A DNA stretch of 64,000 nt from Macrostomum lignano. Lineage: Eukaryota. The notes beneath the pieces are model-generated. The model made no database searches. It was given only the letters and a program-made list of their open reading frames with translations, and had not been told where the DNA came from. Shown here piece by piece: positions 34,364 through 46,805 of this stretch; the stretch's first letter is position 1, and every line of letters begins with the position of its first letter. The stretch covers positions 112,400 through 176,399 of the forward strand of contig NIVC01002140.1 of the NCBI GenBank assembly GCA_002269645.1, given 5' to 3'. A program made the position numbers and the translations under genes.

Positions 34364-34653
34364 GGCAATGGCTAGAGTTCCAGCACCGGAACCCATTTTC
34401 TAATGGCTACGGATCCTGCAGTGCCATTATAATATAGATGGAACATTATATTTTTCTTTCTACAGGTGGCTGATATTGAGATTTTGTTCTAGATTAAAAT
34501 TTAAGACGATATGATAAGATTCGGGACGAGATGCTTCTAATATTCAGACTTCTTAAGATATGTTCTTAGCAGTCTTTATATGCTTCTATACGGCACTGCC
34601 GGATCCCTAGCTGTTAGAAAACGGGTTCCGGTGCCGGAACTCTAGCCATTACC
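34364..34653. mobile_element. 290-bp MITE, probably Merlin family
   Basis: 62-bp TIRs (34364-34425 / 34592-34653) starting GGCAA/GGTAA; exact 9-bp TSD GCCGCACCG at 34355-34363 and 34654-34662. Confidence 0.85.
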
Positions 34654-36379
34654 GCCGCACCGTCTACTGCATAGCTGCGATCATTGAATGTTACTACATA
34701 ATTGTAGCAGGTATTCGACAGTACGAGTATATAATTAGGACGCAGCGCAGACCGTTGCAGAGGAGAGAATCAGATGGTAGTGGCTGTGGGTGTGGCAGAC
34801 GTTAAGGGCTAGGGGATACCTTCCATCTGGCATCTGTTGTCCCTAGTCTTATTGACAATGACAAACCTTGGGACTTAGCCGCATATTGCTTCGAGACATG
34901 ACAGGTTTTTCATGCAAATGAAATTGCAAGCTTGGTCATAAAAATCGAAATGAATCGTCAGAATCGAATCTAAATTCTGAAATGAGTTTACCAAATGCAT
35001 GTTTACCAATTATTTGTGACAATTAATGTCAACCGATAATTATCGTGTGCTTGAATCGGCGCGACATTTCTGCGAAGTTTTGACAAGTTAAAACAAAGTT
35101 TATCTCGGTAGGGATCTCCAGCGGCAGTAGCCGTGTTTTAAGGTTTAAAAACGAAGTAGCTGCGGTCATGGTTGGGTTTTCGAATGTAATGCTGCTTCGT
35201 AAAGTAGCAAGAAGATATTGCCGATTAAGGAGTTTCCCTACCAGCAGGTTGCAACTACGTAACGCACATGAAAAATTTCGTACATGGTTACATGGATTTT
35301 GTGAAACGTATAGATACAGAAATTACAATTGTTATCGAGTATAGTTACCAATCACTCTGCACAGTCAGCATAGTGGTTCGTGTGATGTGTTTTTTGTGAA
35401 CTGACCGATATAGTATATTTAATGGTATTTTTGGCTGTCGGCCGGGTTGTTGCTGTTTAGTTAGAAAGGCGCGTGGTACCCCAATGGTCTTGTCACTTTA
35501 CACTGCGCCCAGTAGTGTTGTGACAGAACCTGTCACAGAGCGCGTCTCAGAGCCTGCATGGTTGTGAACATAACAGGTGTAACGCGCCAAACGAATGCAG
35601 CTATAGTGCGCCGGCGTCAGACAGCAGGCAGACCCCGCCAGTCGCGACCTAACATCGTGTGCATGCCTGCTGCCTTCGAATGGTAGCATCAGCAGCAACA
35701 CCTTGCAGCGGCTGTTGGCAATAAAACTCGGCACAAAATTATATGTTGCATGGATTGAGTCGCCATGCAACGGCGCAACCGTCGCTTGAGGCTGCAACAG
35801 GGTGCAGGCCTCTATCTCTAGTGCTCTTGTCTCTTCGTGGATGTCCTTAAGTCTCAATTGTTGAGTGCTTTTGTCTCTTTTAGGCGCCCTTGGGTTGGCT
35901 TCTGTCTTTGATTGTGAGCGCCCCAAGCTGTCTCGTGACCAACCCCTACTTTTTCTAGGCCCGTGGATACCACGCCTAAAAGGTGGCAAAAGTTGCATTG
36001 AGCTCCTGTCGTTGGTTTCTGAAGGAGCGTTATTTTGATAGTGCCGCTGCCGCAATTTTTGTCGTAGCGATTTGGCCATACCCATTTAGAAGCTACATGT
36101 AGTACAATGCGTGTGATGTACAACATGTACGAGCGTATGTTACGTAAAAGATCTACGTTATATATATATATTCATATGCTTTTTCAAATTTTATTATCCA
36201 ACCAGCTGAATGCATGTTGGTAAATTTGACTGGCTATCACAATAGTGATACAGGCCGAATTGCCTAGCTAAATTGTGTAAATAAAATCAACTGTGGATCA
36301 CGGGGGTTAAATCTTAACCATGTAGTAGTGCAGGGAGATGCGAATAAAATTTTTTGTGGAACTATGCGAGCGGTCTTGC

Positions 36380-36612
36380 TCAGCCGCGAACGAAGAACTG
36401 CAGGCCCTGTATGCTCAGCAGAGCAGCCGGAATGGCGGGCACGTCCATGAAGTGGCACAGGTGCAGCTGCTGGGAGAATAGCACGGCCTGGCAGTCCCCG
36501 GTGCACAGGTAGATGCAGGTAGCCAGGCTGAAGCCGCTGGCAGACCGGTAGCTGATCCGAAACGCATTCAGTTTCAGATAGGACTCGTTGCCAGGTACGA
36601 ACTTGTTCGGGT
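36380..36612 (-). pseudogene. Orphan copy of exon 2 (PAN/Apple-like) of the WSC-PAN gene
   Basis: Near-identical to 60113-60345, same 233-nt length, acceptor and stop intact; no matching exon 1 upstream. Confidence 0.85.
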
Positions 36613-38999
36613 CTGCAAAAAAGCGATGAAACTCAAAACTGTAGGCTGTACGTTCATGCATGACGTCGGCTGCCTGACCGGTTAACCGCTTTATTTTTAC
36701 AGATTTGATTGCTTCGCTCAGAGAAATAACGAAACGGAGAGATGATGGGTTTCGACCTTCGGGCTCCTTGTTAGGGAAGCCTTCGGGCCTCAGGCTCAGA
36801 AATAAATCGATTAGAGACCTGGCCCCCCACTCCTGTCAGATGGTCAGCCCCATGGTAGCTTGATCGTGTGGCGAGCAGTCTAGGTCCTATAGCTAAGAGA
36901 GGGACAGCGAGAGACAAGCAGGGAGAATTTTGAAAGTAGAAATTAGCTAATCCGCAGATCAACTAACTTGCTGCCACCAGCCCGTGCGCCCTGGCTCACC
37001 ACACCGGGACTCTCGAAATCGGGCTTCCGACTAGAAGGGGCTTTGCACTTACCTGCCAACTAGTGTCTTTTTGCTGTCAATCTCGAAGTCATAGCCGATG
37101 ATAAGGGACACTGCTGGGACTAGATCGCGTTGGCCATGCAGGTACAGAGGGGACTTGTGCAGGGGATTCTTGCGGTGGCGAGTCTATGGGGGAGCTACAT
37201 GTACTATTACATTGCTAAATACGAAGATATGTACTTTTAGCCTTCAACGCGCAAACTAGCCTCTCATAGCGCTGATGATAGGCTAACTCGAACTTCAGAG
37301 ACCGCATGATTCATTTACCCGAGCCGCTTGGCTACCCTAGAGTGCACAAAGTACATCTCTGGCGCCGATTCTGCACTTTTGGCAGTTTTGCTCACTGATT
37401 TGTTAGATTGGTCGACTGAGAACTGCCTTGCCATTGGTCCACTGTGACCGGCGCCTACTAGCTTAGCTACTCATCTGAGCCATCGGCGAACAAAGAAATA
37501 AAGCCGACAAAGATAACTGTTAGATTTAACCTTCTCCTTAGTTCACTTCACACTTTTGATTGAATTGGAGTCTTAGACTACTAGCAGTATTATTGAATGA
37601 TTCCTGCCTCAGCAACAGCACTACTGAACAAAATGAGCAAAAGTGTGCGCCTAATTCAGCTACTGCAACAGGGGACAAAAAAGGGATCACCCAATCAAGC
37701 AAGTCTAGGTAGCCTCTCACCCAAACAATCAGAAACTCAACAGCCGGAGACCAGGTATTCCACAGTGACCGAATCGGCTCGATGCTCTGCAGCTGTAGAC
37801 TCGGGATGATGCTGTCACAATCTTCGCTGTTAGCTAGCAGGTGATGCTCTTAACTGGATGTTCGCTGCTGTCGACCGGGGACTCGTCCTTGATGATGATG
37901 GGGGAAGTTGCAATCCGGGGATCAAGAAACGACGGTCGTGCTCCGGGAACCAGAAGTTGCGCGCTGGGCCCGAGCCAAAGTAAGAAGAAGTAGTGTCCGA
38001 GCGGGCCAAAAACTCCGGTTTAAATAGCCGCCAACTGGACCGCAGTTTGTTATAACGGAACACGTCGATTCTGATTGGCTGAGCCGTTTTGTTAAAATGA
38101 GCGCCGAATTTTCTGATTGGCTAAGCTCGTTGCTACCCAGAATCACGTGACCGAGAGATCCTATCAGTTCCCACAGGGTCGTAAAAAGATGACAGGTGCG
38201 GCCATAAATCACTCAAAATCGCAACAAAATGATTTATGACTTTTCGCGTAGGATTGACAGAAATTAATGAAAAAATATACATTAGAAAGCTCTTATTAAA
38301 TAGAAAGTGAAGATAATGAAGAGAAATCGCTAATCGCTAATCCCAAGGTACTTTTAGGGGTAAAACGCATAGCTGTCAAAGCTGTCACACGCTTGAGTGA
38401 ATCCGAACAATAGGCTCTGACCTCATAAATCTTGATGGCCTGTCAAAATGATGAGAAAAAAGCTACCGCCCGCATCCTCTCAGACCATCTGGCGCCCGCT
38501 TCAACACTGAGTGAGGCGCAGGTGGCTGTCAGATCAGCTTCGAAAGCGATGATTTATGACCCAAAAAGCTGCGCCTATGTTATTATGACTACTAGTATGG
38601 CCAGACATTATATCTAGTATAGATTCTATGAAAATTCGCAGAAAAAGGATAAAAATGCCCACTGCCCACTGTTAGTAGGCAAGTAAGTTTAGAGCCCATG
38701 TGCTAGCGCGGGATTTGGGAAAAAGTGCGTCCTCATCAGAGAATTTAACTTCAAGCAGCGTTCATCAGCACGTCTAGAACATGGATCCCTAACAGCAATC
38801 CGACGTCGGGGGCGACTTTATGATGACGTATGACGTCGTTTTTCGTAGATATAACTAGCAATCTTCGCCCCCCGATGGGGGACATCTGGATAGAACTTCT
38901 GTTCTCTACAAGTAAAAAAAAACCGCCAAATAGAGTCTTCACAAAGACAACAGAAAAACTGCTCAAATAAAGCGCAATACAAAAAGAAAACATCCCAAG

Positions 39000-40290
39000 A
39001 CAGCAAGCATCCCCCCTCCTCCCAGATAGCAAGCACCCCCAGATAGCAAGCACCCCCAGATAGCAGCACCCCCAGATAGCAAGCACCCCAGATAGCAAAC
39101 ATCCCCCAAATAGCAAGCATCCTCCAGATAGCAAGCATCCTCCAGATAGCAAGCATCCCCCAGATAGCAAGCATCCCCCAGATAGCAAGCATCCCCCAGA
39201 TAGCAAACATCCCTCAGATAGCAAGCATCCCCCAAATAGTAAGCATCCTCCAGATAGCAAGCATCCCCCAGATAGCAAGCATCCCCAAGATAGCAAGCCT
39301 CCCTCAGATAGCAAGCATCCCCCAAATAGCAAGCATCCCTCAGATAGCAAGCATCCCCAAATAGCAAGCATCCCTCAGATAGCAAGCATCCCCAAATAGC
39401 AAGCATCCCTCAGATAGCAAGCATCCCCAAATAGCAAGCATCCCCCAGATAGCAAGCATCACCCAGATAGCAAGCATTCCCCAGATAGCAAGCATCCCCC
39501 AAATAGCAAGCATCCTCCAGATAGCAAGCATCACCCAGATAGCAAGCATCCCCCAGATAGCAAGCATCCCCCAGATAGCAAGCATCCCCCAGATAGCAAG
39601 CATCCCCCAAATAGCAAGCATCCTCCAGATAGCAAGCATCACCCAGATAGCAAGCATCCCCCAGATAGCAAGCATCCCCCAGATAGCAAGCATCCCCCAG
39701 ATAGCAAGCATCCCCCAGATAGCAAGCATCCCCCAAATAGCAAGCATTCCCCAGATAGCAAGCATTCCCCAGATAGCAAGCATCCCCCAGATAGCAAACA
39801 TCCCCCAGATAGCAAGCATCCTCCAGATAGCAAGCATCCCCCAGATAGCAAACATCCCCCAGATAGCAAACATCCCTCAGATAGCAAGCATCCCCCAAAT
39901 AGCAAGCATCCTCCAGATAGCAAGCATCCCCCAGATAGCAAGCATCCCCCAGATAGCAAGCATCCCCAAGATAGCAAGCCTCCCTCAGATAGCAAGCATC
40001 CCCAAATAGCAAGCATCCCTCAGATAGCAAGCATCCCCAAATAGCAAGCATCCCCCAAATAGCAAGCATCCTCCAGATTGCAAGCATCGCCCAGATAGCA
40101 AGCATCCCCCAAATAGCAAGCATCCTCCAGATTGCAAGCATCGCCCAGATAGCAAGCATCCCCCAAATAGCAAGCATCCTCCAGATAGCAAGGATCCTCC
40201 AGATAGCAAGGATCCTCCAGATAGCAAGCATTCCCCAGATAACAAGCATCCCCCAGATAGCAAGCATCCCCCAGATAGCAAGCATCCTCC
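39000..40290. repeat. 18-bp satellite (GATAGCAAGCATCCCCCA)n, about 70 copies; short second array at about 42398-42500
   Basis: Tandem periodicity; source of the MLAIWG/DACYLG pseudo-ORFs. Confidence 0.97.
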
Positions 40291-40389
40291 AGACAATAAG
40301 TAGCTAGTGCAACAATTTCCTTAGCTTTATAGTGGCTCCTTTATATTGGCATAGCGCTTTATACCTTTACATTTCAAATAGTATATCTT

Positions 40390-41665
40390 TAATGTTTGAC
40401 ATGGTGGCTCTTCTATGTTGGACATGGTGACTCTTTTATGTTTGACATGGTGGCTCTTTTATGTTAGGCATAGTGGCTCTTTTTGGGTTGACATGGTTTC
40501 TTTTTTATGTTCTACATGGTGGCTCTTTTATATTCTACATGGTGGCTCTTTTATGTTCGACATGGTGGCTCTTCTAGGTTTGAAATGGTGGCTCTTTAAT
40601 ATTTGACAAGGTGGCTCTTTAATGTTTGAAATGCTGGCTCTTTAATGTTTGACATGGTGGCTCTTCTATGTTTGACATGGTGGCTCTTTTTTGTTTGACA
40701 TGGTGGCTCTTGTATGTTCGACATGGTGGCTCTTTTATGTTTGACATGGTGGCTCTTTAATGTTTGAAATGCTGGCTCTTTAATGTTTGACATGGTGGCT
40801 CTTCTATGTTTGACATGGTGGCTCTTTTTTGTTTGACATGGTGGCTGTTGTATGTTCGACATGGTGGCTCTTTTATGTTTGACATGGTGGCTCTTTAATG
40901 TTCTTCACGTTGGCTCTTTAATGTTCTTCATGTTGGCTCTTTTATGTTTGACATGGTGGCTCTTCTATGTTTGACATGGTGGCTCTTTAATATTCTACAT
41001 GGTGGCTCTTTAATATTCTACATGGTGGCTCTTTAATGTTCGACATGGTGGCTCTTTAATGTTTGACATAAGGTCACATATATGTTTGACATGGTGGCTC
41101 CTAAATTTTTGACATGGTGGCTCTTTATGTTTGACATGGTGGCTCTTTATGTTCGACATGATGGCTCTTTAATTTTTGACATGGTGGCTCTTCTATGTTG
41201 GACATGGTGACTCTTTTATGTTTGACATGGTGGCTCTTCCATGTTTGACATGGTGGCTCTTTTATGTTAGGCATAGTGGCTCTTTTCGGGTTGACATGGT
41301 TTCTTTTTTATGTTCTACATGGTGGCTCTTTTATATTCTACATGGTGGCTCTTTTATGTTCGACATGGTGGCTCTTCTAGGTTTGAAATGGTGGCTCTTT
41401 AATATTTGACATGGTGGCTCTTAATTGTTTGACATGGTGGCTCTTTAATGTTCAAAATGGTGGCTCTTAAATGTTCGAAATGGTGGCTCTTTAATGTTCG
41501 AAATGTTGGCTCTTTTATGTTTGACATGGTGGCTCTTATATGTTTGACATGGTGGCTCTTTTATGTTTGACATGGTGGCTCTTTAATGTTCGACATGGTG
41601 GCTCTTCTATGTTTGACATGGTAACTCTTTTATGTTCGTTATTTTGGCTCTTCTATGTTTGACAT
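40390..41665. repeat. 23-bp satellite (GACATGGTGGCTCTTTAATGTTN)n, first array
   Basis: About 55 tandem copies. Confidence 0.96.
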
Positions 41666-42604
41666 TGCGCTTCTTTGATGTTTAGCAGTTTTGTTGTGTT
41701 TTTAAGGTGTTTTGATAAAAAAATCTTTTTGCACTACTAAGATTCGAACCCAGGTCACTACATTAGCAGTCCAGTCTGTTCGCATCAGGGCTATCTCTCT
41801 TCAATTGGAAAACATGAATTGTGGCCTTTATAATTCAATCCTTACAGCAAGTCAATTGGAGTAAAAAGTTATGACATAATCAATTTCTCAGTCAGCCAGT
41901 ATCAGTCTCAATTTAAGTTAGCAATATGGTTACGCAATTTCAATCAAGTCGTGTGTGCATTTCTTCGGCACTGTTTTCAACTTGTTGTGATGCAATCTTT
42001 ATCACAATCGGAATTCAGCCAGTCAGTTTTTTCTCTAGCATTCTTACAATGCATTTCAAGTCGAAAAGTTTGCTTGACCTTTGCAAAAAAAGCATGTTTT
42101 TCGAATATTTAATCCCTTTAACATTGAGCAATTTCTTAGCCAAGATGCATGTACCGTCCCAGGAAAATTTCTGATCGAATGGTGCAAGTTTGAAGAAAAT
42201 CGGTTAAGCCATTTTTTCTGAAATCAATCGCATACCCATATACAGACAACTCACTAGCAATCTTCGCCCCCGTTGGGGGACATCTGGATAGAATCTCTGT
42301 TCTCTACAAGTAACAAAAAGATAGCCAAAAAAGCCTTCACAAAGACGACAGACAAACTGCTCAAATAAAGTGTAATGCAAAAAGAAATCATCCCAAGACA
42401 GCAAGCATCCCCCAAATAGCAAGCATCCCCAAGATTGCAAGCATCCCCCAGATAGCAAGCATCCCCCAGATAGCAAGCATCCCCAAATAGTAAGCATCCA
42501 CCATACAATAAGTACCCGGTAGCTAGTGCTACAATTTCCTTAGCTCTATAGTGGCTCCTTTAAAATTGGCATGACGCTTACTTTTACGTTTGAAATTGTG
42601 TAAA

Positions 42605-45600
42605 TTTTATGTTTGACATGGTGGCTCCTAAATGTTTGACATGGTGGCTCTTTTTTGTTCGACATGGTGGCTCTTTAATGTTCGACATGGTGGCTCTTTA
42701 ATGTTAGACATGGTGGCTCTTTAATGTTCGACATGGTGGCTCTTTAATGTTAGACATGGTGGCTCTTTAATGTTAGACACGGTGGCTCTTTTATGTTCGA
42801 CATGGTGGCTCTTTAATGTTCGACATGGTGGCTGTTTAATGTTAGACATGATGGCTCTTTAATGTTTGACATTGCGGCTCTTTAATGTTTGACATGGTGG
42901 CTCTTTTATGTTGGACATGGTGGTTCTTTTATGTTCTACATGGTGGCTCTTTTATGCTTGACATGGTGGCTCTTTAATGTTTGACATGAGGGCTCTTTTA
43001 TGTTCGACATGGTGGCTCTTTTATGCTTGACATGGTGGCTCTTTACTGTTTGACATGGAGTCACATATATGTTTGACATGGTGGCTCTTTTATGTTTGAC
43101 AAGGTGGCTCTTTAATGTTTTACGAGGTGGCTCTTTAATGTTCTTCATGGTAGCTCTTTTATGTTAGACATGATGGCTTTTTAATTTTCGACATGGTAGC
43201 ACTTTAATGTTAGACATGGTGGCTCTTAAATGTTTGACGTGGTGGCTCTTTTATGTTCGACATGGTGGCTCTTTAATGTTCGACATGGTGGCTTTTTAAT
43301 TTTAGACATGGTGGCTCTTTAATGTTAGACATGGTGGCTCTTTAATATTCGACATGGTGGCTCTTTAATGTTAGACATGGTGGCTCTTTAATATTCGACA
43401 TGGTGGCTCTATAATGTTAGACATAGTGGCTCTTTAATGTTCGACATGGTGGCTCTATAATGTTAGACATGGTGGCTCTTTAATATTCGACATGGTGGCT
43501 CTTTAATGTTCGACATGGTGGCTTTTTAATGTTAGACATGGTGGCTCTTTAATGTTAGACATGGTGGCTCTTTAATATTCGACATGGTGGCTCTTTAATG
43601 TTAGACATGGTGGCTCTTTAATATTCGACATGGTGGCTCTATAATGTTAGACATAGTGGCTCTTTAATGTTCGACATGGTGGCTCTATAATGTTAGACAT
43701 GGTGGCTCTTTAATATTCGACATGGTGGCTCTTTAATGTTTGACATTGAGGCTCTTTAATGTTTGACATGGTGGCTCTTTTATGTTGGACATGGTGGTTC
43801 TTTTATTTTCGACATGGTGGCTCTTTTATGTTTGACATGGTGGCTCTTTACTGTTTGACCTGGATTCACATATATGTTTGACATGGTGGCTCTTTTATGT
43901 TTGACATGGTGGCTTTTTTATGTTTTACATGGTGGCTCTTTAATGTTAGACATGGTGGCTCTTTAATATTCGACATGGTGGCTCTTTAATGTTAGGCATA
44001 GTGGCTCTTTAATGTTCGACATGGTGGCTCTTTAATGTTAGACATGGTGGCTCTTTAATATTCGACATGGTAGCTCTTTAATATTCGACATGGTGGCTCT
44101 TTAATGTTTGACATTGAGGCTCTTTAATGTTTGACCTGGATTCACATATATGTTTGACATGGTGGCTCTTTTATGTTTGACATGGTGGCTCTTTTATGTT
44201 TGACATGGTGGCTCTTTAATGTTAGACATAGTGGCTCTTTAATGTTCGACATGGTGGCTCTTTAATGTTAGACATGGTGGCTCTTTAATATTCGACATGG
44301 TGGCTCTTTAATATTCGACATGGTGGCTCTTTAATGTTCGACATGGTGGCTCTATAATGTTAGACATGGTGGCTCTTTAATATTCGACATGGTGGCTCTT
44401 TAATGTTTGACATTGAGGCTCTTTAATGTTTGACATGGTGGCTCTTTTATGTTGGACATGGTGGTTCTTTTATGTTCGACATGGTGGCTCTTTTATGTTT
44501 GACATGGTGGCTCTTTACTGTTTGACCTGGATTCACATATATGTTTGACATGGTGGCTCTTTTATGTTTGACATGGTGGCTTTTTTATGTTTTACATGGT
44601 GGCTCTTTAATGTTAGACATGGTGGCTCTTTAATATTCGACATGGTGGCTCTTTAATGTTAGACATAGTGGCTCTTTAATGTTCGACATGGTGGCTCTTT
44701 AATGTTAGACATGGTGGCTCTTTAATATTCGACATGGTAGCTCTTTAATGTTAGACATAGTGGCTCTTTAATGTTCGACATGGTGGCTCTATAATGTTAG
44801 ACATGGTGGCTCTTTAATATTCGACATGGTGGCTCTTTAATGTTTGACATTGAGGCTCTTTAATGTTTGACAAGGTGGCTCTTTTATGTTCGACATGGTG
44901 GCTCTTTTATGCTTGACATGGTGGCTCTTTACTGTTTGACATGGAGTCACATATATGTTTGACATGGTGGCTCTTTTATGTTTGACAAGGTGGCTCTTTA
45001 ATGTTTTACGAGGTGGCTCTTTAATGTTCTTCATGGTAGCTCTTTTATGTTAGACATGATGGCTTTTTAATTTTCGACATGGTAGCACTTTAATGTTAGA
45101 CATGGTGGCTCTTAAATGTTTGACGTGGTGGCTCTTTTATGTTCGACATGGTGGCTCTTTAATGTTCGACATGGTGGCTTTTTAATGTTAGACATGGTGG
45201 CTCTTTAATGTTAGACATGGTGGCTCTTTAATATTCGACATGGTGGCTCTTTAATGTTAGACATGGTGGCTCTTTAATATTCGACATGGTGGCTCTATAA
45301 TGTTAGACATAGTGGCTCTTTAATGTTCGACATGGTGGCTCTATAATGTTAGACATGGTGGCTCTTTAATATTCGACATGGTGGCTCTTTAATGTTTGAC
45401 ATTGAGGCTCTTTAATGTTTGACATGGTGGCTCTTTTATGTTGGACATGGTGGTTCTTTTATGTTCGACATGGTGGCTCTTTTATGTTTGACATGGTGGC
45501 TCTTTACTGTTTGACCTGGATTCACATATATGTTTGACATGGTGGCTCTTTTATGTTTGACATGGTGGCTTTTTTATGTTTTACATGGTGGCTCTTTAAT

Positions 45601-46805
45601 GTTAGACATGGTGGCTCTTTAATATTCGACATGGTGGCTCTTTAATGTTAGGCATAGTGGCTCTTTAATGTTCGACATGGTGGCTCTTTAATGTTAGACA
45701 TGGTGGCTCTTTAATATTCGACATGGTAGCTCTTTAATATTCGACATGGTGGCTCTTTAATGTTTGACATTGAGGCTCTTTAATGTTTGACCTGGATTCA
45801 CATATATGTTTGACATGGTGGCTCTTTTATGTTTGACATGGTGGCTCTTTTATGTTTGACATGGTGGCTCTTTAATGTTAGACATAGTGGCTCTTTAATG
45901 TTCGACATGGTGGCTCTTTAATGTTAGACATGGTGGCTCTTTAATATTCGACATGGTGGCTCTTTAATGTTAGACATAGTGGCTCTTTAATGTTCGACAT
46001 GGTGGCTCTATAATGTTAGACATGGTGGCTCTTTAATATTCGACATGGTGGCTCTTTAATGTTTGACATTGAGGCTCTTTAATGTTTGACATGGTGGCTC
46101 TTTTATGTTGGACATGGTGGTTCTTTTATGTTCGACATGGTGGCTCTTTTATGTTTGACATGGTGGCTCTTTACTGTTTGACCTGGATTCACATATATGT
46201 TTGACATGGTGGCTCTTTTATGTTTGACATGGTGGCTTTTTTATGTTTTACATGGTGGCTCTTTAATGTTAGACATGGTGGCTCTTTAATATTCGACATG
46301 GTGGCTCTTTAATGTTAGACATAGTGGCTCTTTAATGTTCGACATGGTGGCTCTTTAATGTTAGACATGGTGGCTCTTTAATATTCGACATGGTAGCTCT
46401 ATAATGTTAGACATGGTGGCTCTTTAATATTCGACATGGTGGCTCTTTAATGTTTGACATTGAGGCTCTTTAATGTTTGACATGGTGGCTCTTTTATGTT
46501 GGACATGGTGGTTCTTTTATGTTCGACATGGTGGCTCTTTTATGTTTGACATGGTGGCTCTTTACTGTTTGACCTGGATTCACATATATGTTTGACATGG
46601 TGGCTCTTTTATGTTTGACATGGTGGCTTTTTTATGTTTTACATGGTGGCTCTTTAATGTTAGACATGGTGGCTCTTTAATGTTCGACATGGTGGCTCTT
46701 TAATGTTCGACATGGTGGCTCTTTAATGGTCGACATGATGGCTCTTTAATGTTCGACATGGTGGCTCTTTAATGTTTGACATGGTGGCTCTTTAATGTTT
46801 GACAT
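42605..46805. repeat. 23-bp satellite, second array (about 180 copies) with higher-order structure
   Basis: Marker variants recur at exact multiples of 23 bp. Confidence 0.97.

Noticed and set aside
35498-36085. 195-aa minus-strand ORF
   Set aside because: No domain recognised; composition not clearly coding.
36760-37800. Possible degenerate Ty3/Gypsy pol (GLANFY, GYDFEI fragments on minus strand)
   Set aside because: Motifs are short, out of expected order and riddled with stops; cannot be supported without a search.
38751-40296. Multiple ORFs of 100-290 aa (MLAIWG, DACYLG, GGCLLS repeats)
   Set aside because: All frames of the 18-bp satellite; no coding evidence.
41740-41765. GATTCGAACCCAGG B-box-like motif as a tRNA gene (also at about 46875)
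   Set aside because: No cloverleaf; a tRNA/SINE-derived fragment within the repeated element tail.
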